Source: Haplodiscus bocki
Lineage: Eukaryota
Direction of reading: 5' to 3'
DNA length: 64,000 bases
Assembly: GCA_965655095.1 (NCBI GenBank)
Contig: OZ296649.1
Location: 120,218,001 to 120,282,000, forward strand
The position numbers were made by a program, and so were the translations under genes. A model generated the notes under the pieces. That model had not been told where the DNA came from and searched no databases. It saw nothing but the letters and a program-made list of their open reading frames with translations. Of this stretch, positions 1 to 12,500 are shown one piece after another (position 1 is the first letter of the stretch; each line of letters starts with the position of its first letter).

Positions 1-1149
1 CGTATCAGTCAAAAAGAACATTGAGAACACTTCAGAGACGTTCTCACTGCGGTGTGATGGCTCAACTTTATCTTTACTGGCACCAACGCATTGCTCACTG
101 CCACTGACAGTTTGCGTATTCACTGGCTTCCTATATCTGTGAAATGTTTTCCCATTTTCGGGAATCAGTGTCATGGTAATGTTCGCCGTTTATTCCACTA
201 ATTTCTATTGTGAATTGTACTGCTGTTACGGCACACTTTTTTTCGTACCTTCAACTATTACTGTAGGCTTGCCTTTAGAGGAAGTGGTAAATATTATTTC
301 ATTAACATTAGTTGCAACAGGAAACAGATTGTTGCAATAATTTCAGTCATAAATGAGAATAATTCAAACTATGTTTACTTGCATTTGTGAAGTTTTTTAC
401 CTGATTCACTAGGACGCTTTTGTCTGTAGTCTGTAAAAAAATGTTAAACTAGAGCTGTTTAACTGTGTTTCGAGAATTGATAATCAATGTAAAAATGCGC
501 TCAATGTGTGAATCTGTTCTCGTGACAAAAGTTAAAGTAACCACTTAGTTCATTGCTTCTACTGATTTGGTTTGACGCTGTAACGTATTTAGGTCTTAGA
601 TGCAATTGATAGTTGGATGAAATTTTCTGGGGGTCAATTGAAAGTGGGTTAAATTGTATCTGGGGTGAAATAAACTTGGACCCCGAGAGAAATGCGAGAC
701 AATTCCCCGTAGCTGCAGTATAATACGATAGTGTATAGGCAATTACAGGCTCACGTCGTTTGACCACTTTCTAGGGAACTGTCCCTTGACAGCGGCGTCC
801 TTGTTATATATGTATGTCCACCATGGATCCGAAAATAGTATCATTTTGTTCCACGAATTCTGGAGTTTTTATAATTATACTTTTGCAAGCTTGTATTATA
901 TCGCAGGCTTCTTTTTCTCCGAACTGTTCTCGACTTGCATTTGTGCCTGTATTCTGTTGTTGCGTAGATTTTGAGCATGCGCTCTCGCCTTCGCTCAAAA
1001 TATTGTTCATGCGATCTAGCTGTTGAAAAAATTGGGTCACGTGGCATATTTCCACGATTGCGCGCCTATTTTAAATATAAGGCTAATCAACTACTATACT
1101 ACTCACACTTCGTACTCTTTACACTTGTATATAAACTTATGAGAATTAA

Positions 1150-2315
1150 CTGAGTTAATTAAGTTTTTTCCCTCGGAGTTTGGATTTCTTTGAGGCAGGT
1201 AGAGTTCAACTACTTTTGATTAAGGGGGTTTTTTTCGCGTCTGCGTCCTTTTCGAAAGCCCTCGAGCGTTTCGATACACGCGGTTGCAGTGCGCATCGCC
1301 AAAAGGGACCTGCAAGTCAAAATGCCAGCCTTCACACTTTGTTGTTTTCTCACGAAGCCTTCAAATATAGCTTCTGTTTTTTCCGAACATCCGGAGGGAT
1401 TTCGATTTTTTTAGAACTTTATGTTTCCTGGAAATCGCAAAGCTCATCAATGCTTTCAATTTTTCTGTAGTCTATCCCTTGGTTGTCGCAGATATCAGAA
1501 ACAGTATCACAATGAAAGAGAAAGATGCTTTTATTCGGCCAATTTCAAATGCTGTGGTGGATTGTATCTTATGTCAGTTCAGGTCTTTTTTCATAGTGCT
1601 TCTTCAAACCTAGCTTTTTTGGTTGAAGCCCTGACCAGGATGAAATTAGGAGCAAGATAGTACAGCCTAGAGTTATTGTTGAAAAGTTCATGGCGGCGAG
1701 TTCTAAGTCTAACGGAATTCGATCGGGGAATGACGTAGGTGTTACACTGAGTATTGAGTGGATAGTATTTTCCCCGTTTTGTTGACCAAGAGAGCATAAC
1801 TGCAAGCAGGTGTAACATGCCCAAGTTGTTCATGGATGCTGTAAGCTCGATAAAGAGTTGGTGCAAACTTGAACGTGCCGTCGGCTAGCCAATTTGATGA
1901 TGCTCGCTAGAGTATAGCCATCTCATCGTCTCCCAAAAGCAGAATGCGGTCGCTGTCCTCTTTGCCCGTATCAGTCAAAAAGAACATTGAGAACACTTCA
2001 GAGACGTTCTCACTGCGGTGTGATGGCTCAACTTTATCTTCACTGGCGCCAACGCATTGCTCACTGCCACTGACAGTTTGCGTATTCACTGGCTTCCTTC
2101 ATCTGTGAAATATTTTCCCATTTTCCGGAATCAGTGTCATGGTAATGTTCGCCGTTTATTTCACTTATTTCTATTGTAAATGGTACTGCTGTTACGGGGC
2201 ACTTTTTTCATACCTTCAACTATTAGTGTAGGCTTGCCTTTAGAGGAAGTGGTAAATATTATTTCATTAACATTAGTTGCAACAGGAAACAGATTGTTGC
2301 AATAATTTCAGTCAT
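1150..2315 (-). pseudogene. Decayed FLYWCH-MULE (Mutator-like) DDE transposase gene; representative copy, repeated in every monomer
   Basis: Minus-strand translation across frameshifts gives, in order: NEIIFTTSSKGKPTLIVEG / KCPVTAV..EISEINGEHYHDTD (FLYWCH-like C...HxH, ~2139-2270); FLTDTGKEDSDRILLLGDDEMAIL*RASSNWLADGTFKFAPTLYRAYSIHEQLGHVTPACSYALLVNKT (first D, DGTF at 1871-1882); PDRIPLDLELAAMN (second D, ~1701-1712); FHPGQGFNQK / LGLKKHYE (CxxH region, ~1629-1646); IDELCDFQET; EAIFEG / TTKCEGWHF (catalytic E, 1322-1336). Motif order matches animal MULE transposases. Stops and frameshifts are shared by the copies inspected. Confidence 0.9.
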
Positions 2316-5065
2316 AAATGAGATTAATTCAAACTATGTTTACTTGCATTTGTGAAATTTTTTACCTGATTCACTAGGACGCTTTTGTCAGTAGTCTGTA
2401 AAATAATTGTTAAACTAGAGCTGTTTAACTGTGTTTCGAGAATTGATAATCAATGTAAAAGTGCGCTCAATGTGTGACTCTGTTTTCGTGACAAAAGTTT
2501 CAGTAACCACTTAGTTCATTGCTTGTACTGATTTGGTTTGACGCTTTAACGTAATTAGGTTTTGGATGCAATTGATAGTTGGATGAAATTGAAAGTGGGT
2601 TAAATTGTATCTGGGGTGAAATAAACTTGGACCCCGAGAGAAATGCGAGACAATTCCCCGTAGCTGCAGTATAATACGATAGTGTATAGGCAATTACAAG
2701 CTCACGTCGTTTGACCACTTTCTAGGGAACTGTCCCTTGACAGCGGGCGTCCTTGTTATATATGTATGTCCATCATGGATCCGAAAATAGTATCGTTTTG
2801 TTCCACGAATTCTGGAGTTTTGTTTCTATAATTATACTTTTGCAAGCTTGTATTATATCGCAGGCCTCTTTTTCTCCGAACTGTTCTCGACTTGCATTTG
2901 TGCCTGTATTCTGTTGTCTCCTAGATTTTTAGCATGCGCTCTCGCCTTCGCTCAAAATATTGTTCATGCGCTCTAGCTGTTGAAAAAATTGGGTCACGTG
3001 GCATATTTCCACGAATGCGCGCCTATTTTGAATATAAGGCTAATCAACTACTATACTACTCACACTTCGTACTCTTTACACTTGTATATAAACTTATGAG
3101 AATTAACTGAGTTAATTAAGTTTTTTCCCTCGGAGTTTGGATTTCTTTGAGGCAGGTAGAGTTCAACTACTTTTGATTAAGGGGGTTTTTTTCGTGTCTG
3201 CGTCCTTTTCGAAAGCCCTCGAGCGTTTCGATACACGCGGTTGCAGTGCGCATCGCCAAAAGGGACCTGCAAGTCAAATTGCCAGCCTTCACACTTTGTT
3301 GTTTTCTCACCAAGCCTTCAAATATAGCTTCTGTTTTTTTCCGAACATCCGGAGGGATTTCGATTTTTTTATAACTTTATGTTTCCTGGAAATCGCAAAG
3401 CTCATCAATGCTTTCAATTTTTCTGTAGTCTATCCCTTGGTTGTCGCAGATATCAGAAACAGTATCACAATGAAAGAGAAAGATGCTTTTATTCGGCCAA
3501 TTTCAAATGCTGTGGTGGATTGTATCTTATGTCAGTTCAGGTCTTTTTTCATAGTGCTTCTTCAAACCTAGCTTTTTTGGTTGAAGCCCTGACCAGGATG
3601 AAATTAGGAGCAAGATAGTACAGCCTAGAGTTATTGTTGAAAAGTTCATGGCGGCGAGTTCTAAGTCTAACGGAATTCGATCGGGGAATGACGTAGGTGT
3701 TACACTGAGTATTGAGTGGATAGTATTTTCCCCATTTTGTTGACCAAGAGAGCATAACTGCAAGCAGGTGTAACTTGCCCAGGTTGTTCATGGATGCTGT
3801 AAGCTCGATAAAGAGTTGGTGCAAACTTGAACGTGCCGTCGGCTAGCCAATTTGATGATGCTCGCTAGAGTTTAGCCATTTCATCGTCTCCCAAAAGCAG
3901 AATGCGGTCGCTGTCCTCCTTGCCCGTATCAGTCAAAAAGAACGTTGAGAACACTTCAGAGACGTTCTCACTGGGGTGTGGTGGCTCAACTTTATCTTCA
4001 CTGGCACCAACGCATTGCTCACTGCCACTGACAGTTTGCGTATTCACTGGCTTCCTTCATCTGTGAAATATTTTCCCATTTTCCGGAATCAGTGTCATGG
4101 TAATGTTCGCCGTTTATTTCACTTATTTCTATTGTAAATGGTACTGCTGTTACGGGGCACTTTTTTCATACCTTCAACTATTAGTGTAGGCTTGCCTTTA
4201 GAGGAAGTGGTAAATATTATTTCATTAACATTAGTTGCAACAGGAAACAGATTGTTGCAATAATTTCAGTCATAAATGAGATTAATTCAAACTATGTTTA
4301 CTTGCATTTGTGAAATTTTTTACCTGATTCACTAGGACGCTTTTGTCAGTAGTCTGTAAAATAATTGTTAAACTAGAGCTGTTTAACTGTGTTTCGAGAA
4401 TTGATAATCAATGTAAAAGTGCGCTCAATGTGTGACTCTGTTTTCGTGACAAAAGTTTCAGTAACCACTTAGTTCATTGCTTGTACTGATTTGGTTTGAC
4501 GCTTTAACGTAATTAGGTTTTGGATGCAATTGATAGTTGGATGAAATTGAAAGTGGGTTAAATTGTATCTGGGGTGAAATAAACTTGGACCCCGAGAGAA
4601 ATGCGAGACAATTCCCCGTAGCTGCAGTATAATACGATAGTGTATAGGCAATTACAAGCTCACGTCGTTTGACCACTTTCTAGGGAACTGTCCCTTGACA
4701 GCGGGCGTCCTTGTTATATATGTATGTCCATCATGGATCCGAAAATAGTATCGTTTTGTTCCACGAATTCTGGAGTTTTATTTCTATAATTATACTTTTG
4801 CAAGCTTGTATTATATCGCAGGCCTCTTTTTCTCCGAACTGTTCTCGACTTGCATTTGTGCCTGTCTTCTGTTGTCTCCTAGATTTTTAGCATGCGCTCT
4901 CGCCTTCGCTCAAAATATTGTTCATGCGCTCTAGCTGTTGAAAAAATTGGGTCACGTGGCATATTTCCACGATTGCGCGCCTATTTTAAATATAAGGCTA
5001 ATCAACTACTATACTACTCACACTTCGTACTCTTTACACTTGTATATAAACCTATGAGAATTAAC

Positions 5066-6568
5066 TGAGTTAATTAAGTTTTTTCCCTCGGAGTTTGGAT
5101 TTCTTTGAGGCAGGTAGAGTTCAACTACTTTTGATTATGGCGGTTTTTTTCGTGTCTGCGTCCTTTTCGAAAGCCCTCGAGCGTTTCGATACACGCGGTT
5201 GCAGTGCGCATCGCCAAAAGGGACCTGCAAGTCAAAATGCCAGCCTTCACACTTTCTTGTTTTCTCACCAAGCCTTCAAATATAGCTTCTGTTTTTTTCC
5301 GAACATCCGGAGGGATTTCGTTTTTTTTATAACTTTATATGTTTCCTGGAAATCGCAAAGCCCATCAATGCTTTCAATTTTTCTGTAGTCTATCCCTTGG
5401 TTGTCGCAGATATCAGAAACAGTATCACAATGAAAGAGAAAGATGCTTTTATTCGGCCAATTTCAAATGCTGTGGTGGATTGTATCTTATGTCAGTTCAG
5501 GTATTTTTTCATACTGCTTCTTCAAACCTAGCTTTTTTGGTTGAAGCCCTGACGAGGATGAATATAGGAGCAAGATAGTACAGCATAGAATTATTGTTGA
5601 AAAGTTCATGGCAGCGAGTTCTAAGTCTAACGGAATTCGATCGGGGAATGACGTAGGTGTTACACTGAGTATTGAGTGGATAGTATTTTCCCCATTTTGT
5701 TGACCAAGAGAGCATAACTGCAAGCAGGTGTAACTTGCCCAGGTTGTTCATGGATGCTGTAAGCTCGATAAAGAGTTGGTGCAAACTTGAACGTGCCGTC
5801 GGCTAGCCAATTTGATGATGCTCGCTAGAGTTTAGCCATTTCATCGTCTCCCAAAAGCAGAATGCGGTCGCTGTCCTCCTTGCCCGTATCAGTCAAAAAG
5901 AACATTGAGAACACTTCAGAGACGTTCTCACTGGGGTGTGGTGGCTCAACTTTATCTTCACTGGCACCAACGCATTGCTCACTGCCACTGACAGTTTGCG
6001 TATTCACTGGCTTCCTTCATCTGTGAAATATTTTCCCATTTTCCGGAATCAGTGTCATGGTAATGTTCGCCGTTTATTTCACTAATTTCTATTGTAAATG
6101 GTACTGCTGTTACGGGGCACTTTTTTCATACCTTCAACTATTAGTGTAGGCTTGCCTTTAGAGGAAGTGGTAAATGTTATTTCATTAACATTAGTTGCAA
6201 CAGGAAACAGATTGTTGCAATAATTTCAGTCATAAATGAGATTAATTCAAACTATGTTTACTTGCATTTGTGAAATTTTTTACCTGATTCACTAGGACGC
6301 TTTTGTCAGTAGTCTGTAAAATAATTGTTAAACTAGAGCTGTTTAACTGTGTTTCGAGAATTGATAATCAATGTAAAAATGCGCTCAATGTGTGACTCTG
6401 TTTTCGTGACAAAAGTTTCAGTAACCACTTAGTTCATTGCTTCTACTGATTTGGTTTGACGCTGTAACGTAATTAGGTTTTGGATGCAATTGATAGTTGG
6501 ATGAAATTTTCTGGGGGTCAATTGAAAGTGGGTTAAATTGTATCTGGGGTGAAATAAACTTGGACCCC
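5066..6568 (-). mobile_element. One-ended Mutator-like (Phantom-type) DNA transposon relic: TIR-like end, leader and transposase pseudogene; representative copy
   Basis: Transposase relic (~5066-6233) is preceded on the minus strand by ~250 bp of leader and a block of ~16-bp subrepeats starting GGGGTCCAAG at 6568. No matching second TIR is seen on the other side. Confidence 0.7.
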
Positions 6569-9500
6569 GAGAGAAATGCGAGACAATTCCCCGTAGCTGC
6601 AGTATAATACGATAGTGTATAGGCAATTACAAGCTCACGTCGTTTGACCACTTTCTAGGGAACTGACCCTTGACAGCGGGCGTCCTTGTTATATATGTAT
6701 GTCCATCATGGATCCGAAAATAGTATCATTTTGTTCCACGAATTCTGGAGTTTTGTTTCTATAATTATACTTTTGCAAGCTTGTATTATATCGCAGGCCC
6801 CCTTTTTCTCCGAACTGTTCTCGACTTGCATTTGTGCCTGTATTCTGTTGTCTCCTAGATTTTGAGCATTCGCTCTCGCCTTCGCTCAAAATTTTGTTCA
6901 TGCGCTCTAGCTGTTGAAAAAATTGGGTCACGTGGCATATTTCCACGAATGCGCGCCTATTTTGAATATCAGGCTAATCAACTACTATACTTTTCACACT
7001 TCGTACTCTCTACACTTGTATATAAACTTATGAGAATTAACTGAGTTAAATAAGTTTTTTCCCTTGGAGTTTGGGTTTCTCTGAGGCAGGTAGAGTTGAA
7101 CTGCTTTTGATTATGGCGGTTTTTTCCGTGTCTGCGTCCTTTTCGAAAGCCCTCAAGCGTTTCGATACACGCGCTTGCAGTGCGCATCGCCTAAAGGGAC
7201 CTGCAAGTCAAAATGCCAGCCTTCACACTTTGTTGTTTTCTCACCAAGGCTTCAAATATAGCTTCTCTTTTTTTCCGAACATCCGGAGGGATTTCGTTTT
7301 TTTTAGAACTTTATATGTTTCCTGGAAATCGCAAAGCTCATCAATGCTTTCAATTTCTTTGTAGTCTCTTCCTTGATTGTCGCAGTTATCAGAAACAGTA
7401 TCACAATGAAAGAGAAAGATGCTTTTATTCGGCCGATTTCAAATGCTGTGGTGGAATGTATCTTATGTCAGTTCAGGTATTTTTTCATAGTGCTTCTTCA
7501 AACCTAGCTTTTTTGGTTGAAGCCCTGACCAGGATGGAATTAGGAGCAAGATAGTACAGCATAGAATTATTGTTGAAAAGTTCATGGCAGCGAGTTCTAA
7601 GTCTAACGGAATTCGATTGGGGAATGACGTAGGTGTTACACTGAGTACTGAGTGGATAGTATTTTCCCCGTTTTGTTGACCAGGAGAGCATAACTGCAAG
7701 CAGGTGTAACATACCCAAGTTGTTCATGGATGCTGTAAGCTCGATAAAGAGTTGGTGCAAACTTGAACGTGCCGTCGGCTAGCCAATTTGATGATGCTTG
7801 CTAGACTTTAGCCATCTCATCGTCTCCCAAAAGCAGAATGCGGTCGCTGTCCTCCTTGCCCGTATCAGTCAAAAAGAACAATGAGAAAACTTCAGAGACG
7901 TTCTCACTGGGGTGTGATGGCTCAACTTTATCTTCACTGGCACCAACGCATTGCTCACTGCCACTGACAGTTTGCGTATTCACTGGCTTCCTTTATCTGT
8001 GAAATATTTTCCCATTTTCCGGAATCAGTGTCATGGTAATGTTCGCCGTTTATTTCTCTAGTTTCTATTGTAAATGGTACTGCTGTTATGGGGCACTTTT
8101 TTCATACCTTCAACTATTAGTGTAGGCTTGCCTTTAGAGGAAGTGGTAAATATTATTTCATTAACATTAGTTGCAACAGGAAACAGATTGTTGCAATAAT
8201 TTCTGTCGTAAATGAGATTAATTCAAACTATGTTTACTTGCATTTGTGAAAATTTTTACCTGATTCACTGGTACGCTTTTGTCAGTAGTCTGTAAAATAA
8301 TTGTTGAACTAGAGCTGTTTAACTGTGTTTCGAGAATTGATAATCAATGTAAAAATGCGCTCAATGTGTGACTCTGTTCTCGTGACAAAAGTTTCAGTAA
8401 CCACTTAGTTCATTGCTTGTACTGATTTGGTTTGACGCTTTAACGTAATTAGGTTTTGGATGCAATTGATAGTTGGATGAAATTTTCTGGGGGTCAATTG
8501 AAAGTGGGTTAAATTGTATCTGTGGTGAAATAAACTTGGACCCCGAGAGAAATGCGAGACAATTCCCCGTAGCTGCAGTATAATACGATAGTGTATAGGC
8601 AATTACAAGCTCACGTCGTTTGACCACTTTCTAGGGAACTGACCCTTGACAGCGGGCGTCCTTGTTATATATGTATGTCCATCATGGATCCGAAAATAGT
8701 ATCATTTTGTTCCACGAATTCTGGAGTTTTGTTTCTATATTTATACTTTTGCAAGCTTGTATTATATCGCAGGCCCCCTTTTTCTCCGAACTGTTTTCGA
8801 CTTGCATTTGTGCCTGTATTCTGTTGTCTCCTAGATTTTGAGCATGCGCTCTCTTCTTCGCTCAAAATTTTGTTCATGCGCTCTAGCTGTTGAAAAAATT
8901 GGGTCACGTGGCATATTTCCACGAATGCTCGCCTATTTCAAATATAAGGCTAATCAACTACTATACTACTCACACTTCGTACTCTTTACACTTGTATATA
9001 AACTTATCTGAATTGACTGAGTTAAATAAGTTTTTGCTCTCGGAGTTTGGATTTCTTTGAGGCAGGTAGAGTTCAACTGCTTTTGATTATGGCGGTTTTT
9101 TTTCTTGTCTGCGTCCTTTTCGAAAGCCCTCAAGCGTTTCGATACACGCGGTTGCAGTGTGCATCGCCAAAAGGGACCTGCAAGTCAAAATGCCAGCCTT
9201 CACACTTTGTTGTTTTCTCACCAAGCCTTCAAATATAGCTTCTCTTTTTTCCGAACATCCGGAGGGATTTCGATTTTTTTTAGAACTTTATGTTTCCTGG
9301 AAATCGCAAAGCTCATCAATGCTTTCAATTTTTCTGTAGTCTCTTGCTTGATCGTCGCAGATATTAGAAACAGTATCACAATGAAAGAGAAAGATGCTTT
9401 TATTCGGCCGATTTCAAATGCTGTGGTGGAATGTATCTTATGTCAGTTCAGGTATTTTTTCATAATGCTTCTTCAAACCTAGCTTTTTTGGTTGAAGCCC

Positions 9501-12500
9501 TGACCAGGATGGAGTTAGGAGCAAGATAGTACAGCATAGAATTATTGTTGAAAAGTTCATGGCAGCGAGTTCTAAGTCTAACGGAATTCGATCGGGGAAT
9601 GACGTAGGTGTTACACTGAGTATTGAGTGGATAGTATTTTCCTTGTTTTGTTGACCAAGAGAGCATAACTGCAAGCAGGTGTAACATGCCCAAGTTGTTC
9701 ATGGATGCTGTAAGCTCGATAAAGAGTTGTTGCAAACTTGAACGTGCCGTCGGCTAGCCAATTTGATGATGCTTGCTAGAGTTTAGCCATCTCATCGTCT
9801 CCCAAAAGCAGAATGCGGTCGCTGTCCTCCTTGCCCGTATGAGTCAAAAAGAACAATGAGAACACTTCAGAGACGTTCTCACTGGGGTGTGATGGCTCAA
9901 CTTTATCTTCACTGGCACCAACGCATTGCTCACTGCCACTGACAGTTTGCGTATTCACTGGCTTCCTTTATCTGTGAATTATTTTCCCATTTTCCGGAAT
10001 CAGCGTCATGGTAATGTTCGCATTTTATTTCTCTAGTTTCTATTGTAAATGGTACTGCTGTTACGGGGCACTGTTTTCATACCTTCAACTATTAGTGTAG
10101 GCTTGCCTTTGGAGGAAGTGGTATTATATCGCAGGCCCCCTTTTTCTCCGAACTGTTCTCGACTTGCATTTGTGCCTGTATTGTGTTGTTGCCTAGATTT
10201 TGAGCATGCGCTCTCGCCTTCGCTGAAAATATTGTTCATGCGCTCTAGCTGTTGAAAAAATTGGGTCACGTGGCATCTTTCCATGAATGCGCGCCTATTT
10301 CAAATATAAGGCTAATCAACTACTATACCACTCACACTTCCTACTCTTTACACTTGTATATAAACTTCTGTGAATTAACTGAGTTAAATAAGTTTTTGCT
10401 CTCGGAGTTTGGATTTCTTTGAGGCAGGTAGAGTTCAACTGTTTTTGATTATGGCGGTTTTTTTTCGTCTCTGCGTCCTTTTCGAAAGCCCTCAAGCGTT
10501 TCGATACACGCGGTTGCAGTGTGCATCGCCAAAAGGGACCTGCAAGTCAAAATGCCAGCCTTCACACTTTGTTGTTTTCTCACCAAGCCTTCAAATATAG
10601 CTTCTCTTTTTTCCGAACATCCGGAGGGATTTCGATTTTTTTAGAACTTTATGTTTCCTGGAAATCGCAAAGCTCATCAATGCTTTCAATTTCTCTGTAG
10701 TCTCTTCCTTGATTGTCGCAGTTATCAGAAACAGTATCACAATGAAAGAGAAAGATGCTTTTGTTCGGCCGATTTCAAATGCTGTGTTGGAATGTATCTT
10801 ATGTCAGTTCAGGTATTTTTTCATAATGCTTCTTCAAACCTAGCTGTTTTGGTTGAAGCCCTGACCAGGATGGAATTAGGAGGAAGATAGTACAGCATAG
10901 ATTTTTTGTTGAACAGTTCATGGCAGCGAGTTCTAAGTCTAACGGAATTCGATCGGGGAATGACGTAGGTGTTACACTGAGTATTGAGTGGATAGTATTT
11001 TCCCCGTTTTGTTGACCAAGAGAGCATAACTGCAAGCAGGTGTAACATGCCCAAGTTGTTCATGGATGCTGTAAGCTCGATAAAGAGTTGTTGCAAACTT
11101 GAACGTGCCGTCGGCTAGCCAATTTGATGATGCTTGCTAGAGTTTAGCCATCTCATCGTCTCCCAAAAGCAGAATGCGGTCGCTGTCCTCCTTGCCCGTA
11201 TGAGTCAAAAAGAACATTGAACACTTCAGAGACGTTCTCACTGCGGTGTGATGGCTCAACTTTATCTTCACTGGCACCAACGCATTGCTCACTGCCACTG
11301 ACAGTTTGCGTATTCACTGGCTACCTTTATCTGTGAAATATTTTCCCATTTTCCGGAATCAGTGTCATGGTAATGTTCGCATTTTATTTCTCTAGTTTCT
11401 ATTGTAAATGGTACTGCTGTTACGGGGCACTGTTTTCATACCTTCAACTATTAGTGTAGGCTTGCCTTTGGAGGAAGTGGTAAATATTATTTCATTAACA
11501 TTAGTTGCAACAGGAAACAGATTGTTGCAATAATTTCAGTCGTAAATGAGATTAATTCAAACTATGTTTACTTGCATTTGTGAACTTTTTCACCTCATTC
11601 ACTAGGACGCTTTTGTCAGTAGTCTGTAAAATAATTGTTAAACTAGAGCTGTTTAACTGTGTTTCGAGAATTGATAATCAATGTAAAAATGCGCTCAATG
11701 TGTGACTCTGTTTTCGTGACAAAAGTTTCAGTAACCACTTAGTTCATTGCTTCTACTGATTTGGTTTGACGCTGTAACGTAATTAGGTTTTGGATGCAAT
11801 TGATAGTTGGATGAAATTTTCTGGGGGTCAATTGAAAGTGGGTTAAATTGTATCTGGGGTGAAATAAACTTGGACCCCGAGAGAAATGCGAGACAATTCC
11901 CCGTAGCTGCAGTATAATACGATAGTGTATAGGCAATTACAAGCTCACGTCGTTTGACCACTTTCTAGGGAACTGACCCTTGACAGCGGGCGTCCTTGTT
12001 ATATATGTATGTCCATCATGGATCCGAAAATAGTATCATTTTGTTCCACGAATTCTGGAGTTTTGTTTCTATAATTATACTTTTGCAAGCTTGTATTATA
12101 TCGCAGGCCCCCTTTTTCTCCGAACTGTTCTCGACTTGCATTTGTGCCTGTATTCTGTTGTCTCCTAGATTTTGAGCATTCGCTCTCGCCTTCGCTCAAA
12201 ATATTGTTCATGCGCTCTAGCTGTTGAAAAAATTGGGTCACGTGGCATATTTCCACGATTGCGCGCCTATTTTAAATATAAGGCTAATCAACTACTATAC
12301 TACTCACACTTCGTACTCTTTACACTTGTATATAAACTTATGAGAATTAACTGAGTTAAATAAGTTTTTTCCCTTGGAGTTTGGGTTTCTCTGAGGCAGG
12401 TAGAGTTGAACTGCTTTTGATTATGGCGGTTTTTTCCGTGTCTGCGTCCTTTTCGAAAGCCCTCAAGCGTTTCGATACACGCGCTTGCAATGCGCATCGC

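Noticed and set aside
1150-2315. Transposase expressed through programmed frameshifting, readthrough or RNA editing
   Set aside because: Too many lesions, loss of conserved residues, and the candidate start codon is mutated in several copies (gtcgtaaatg at ~8206, ~11540, ~16849).
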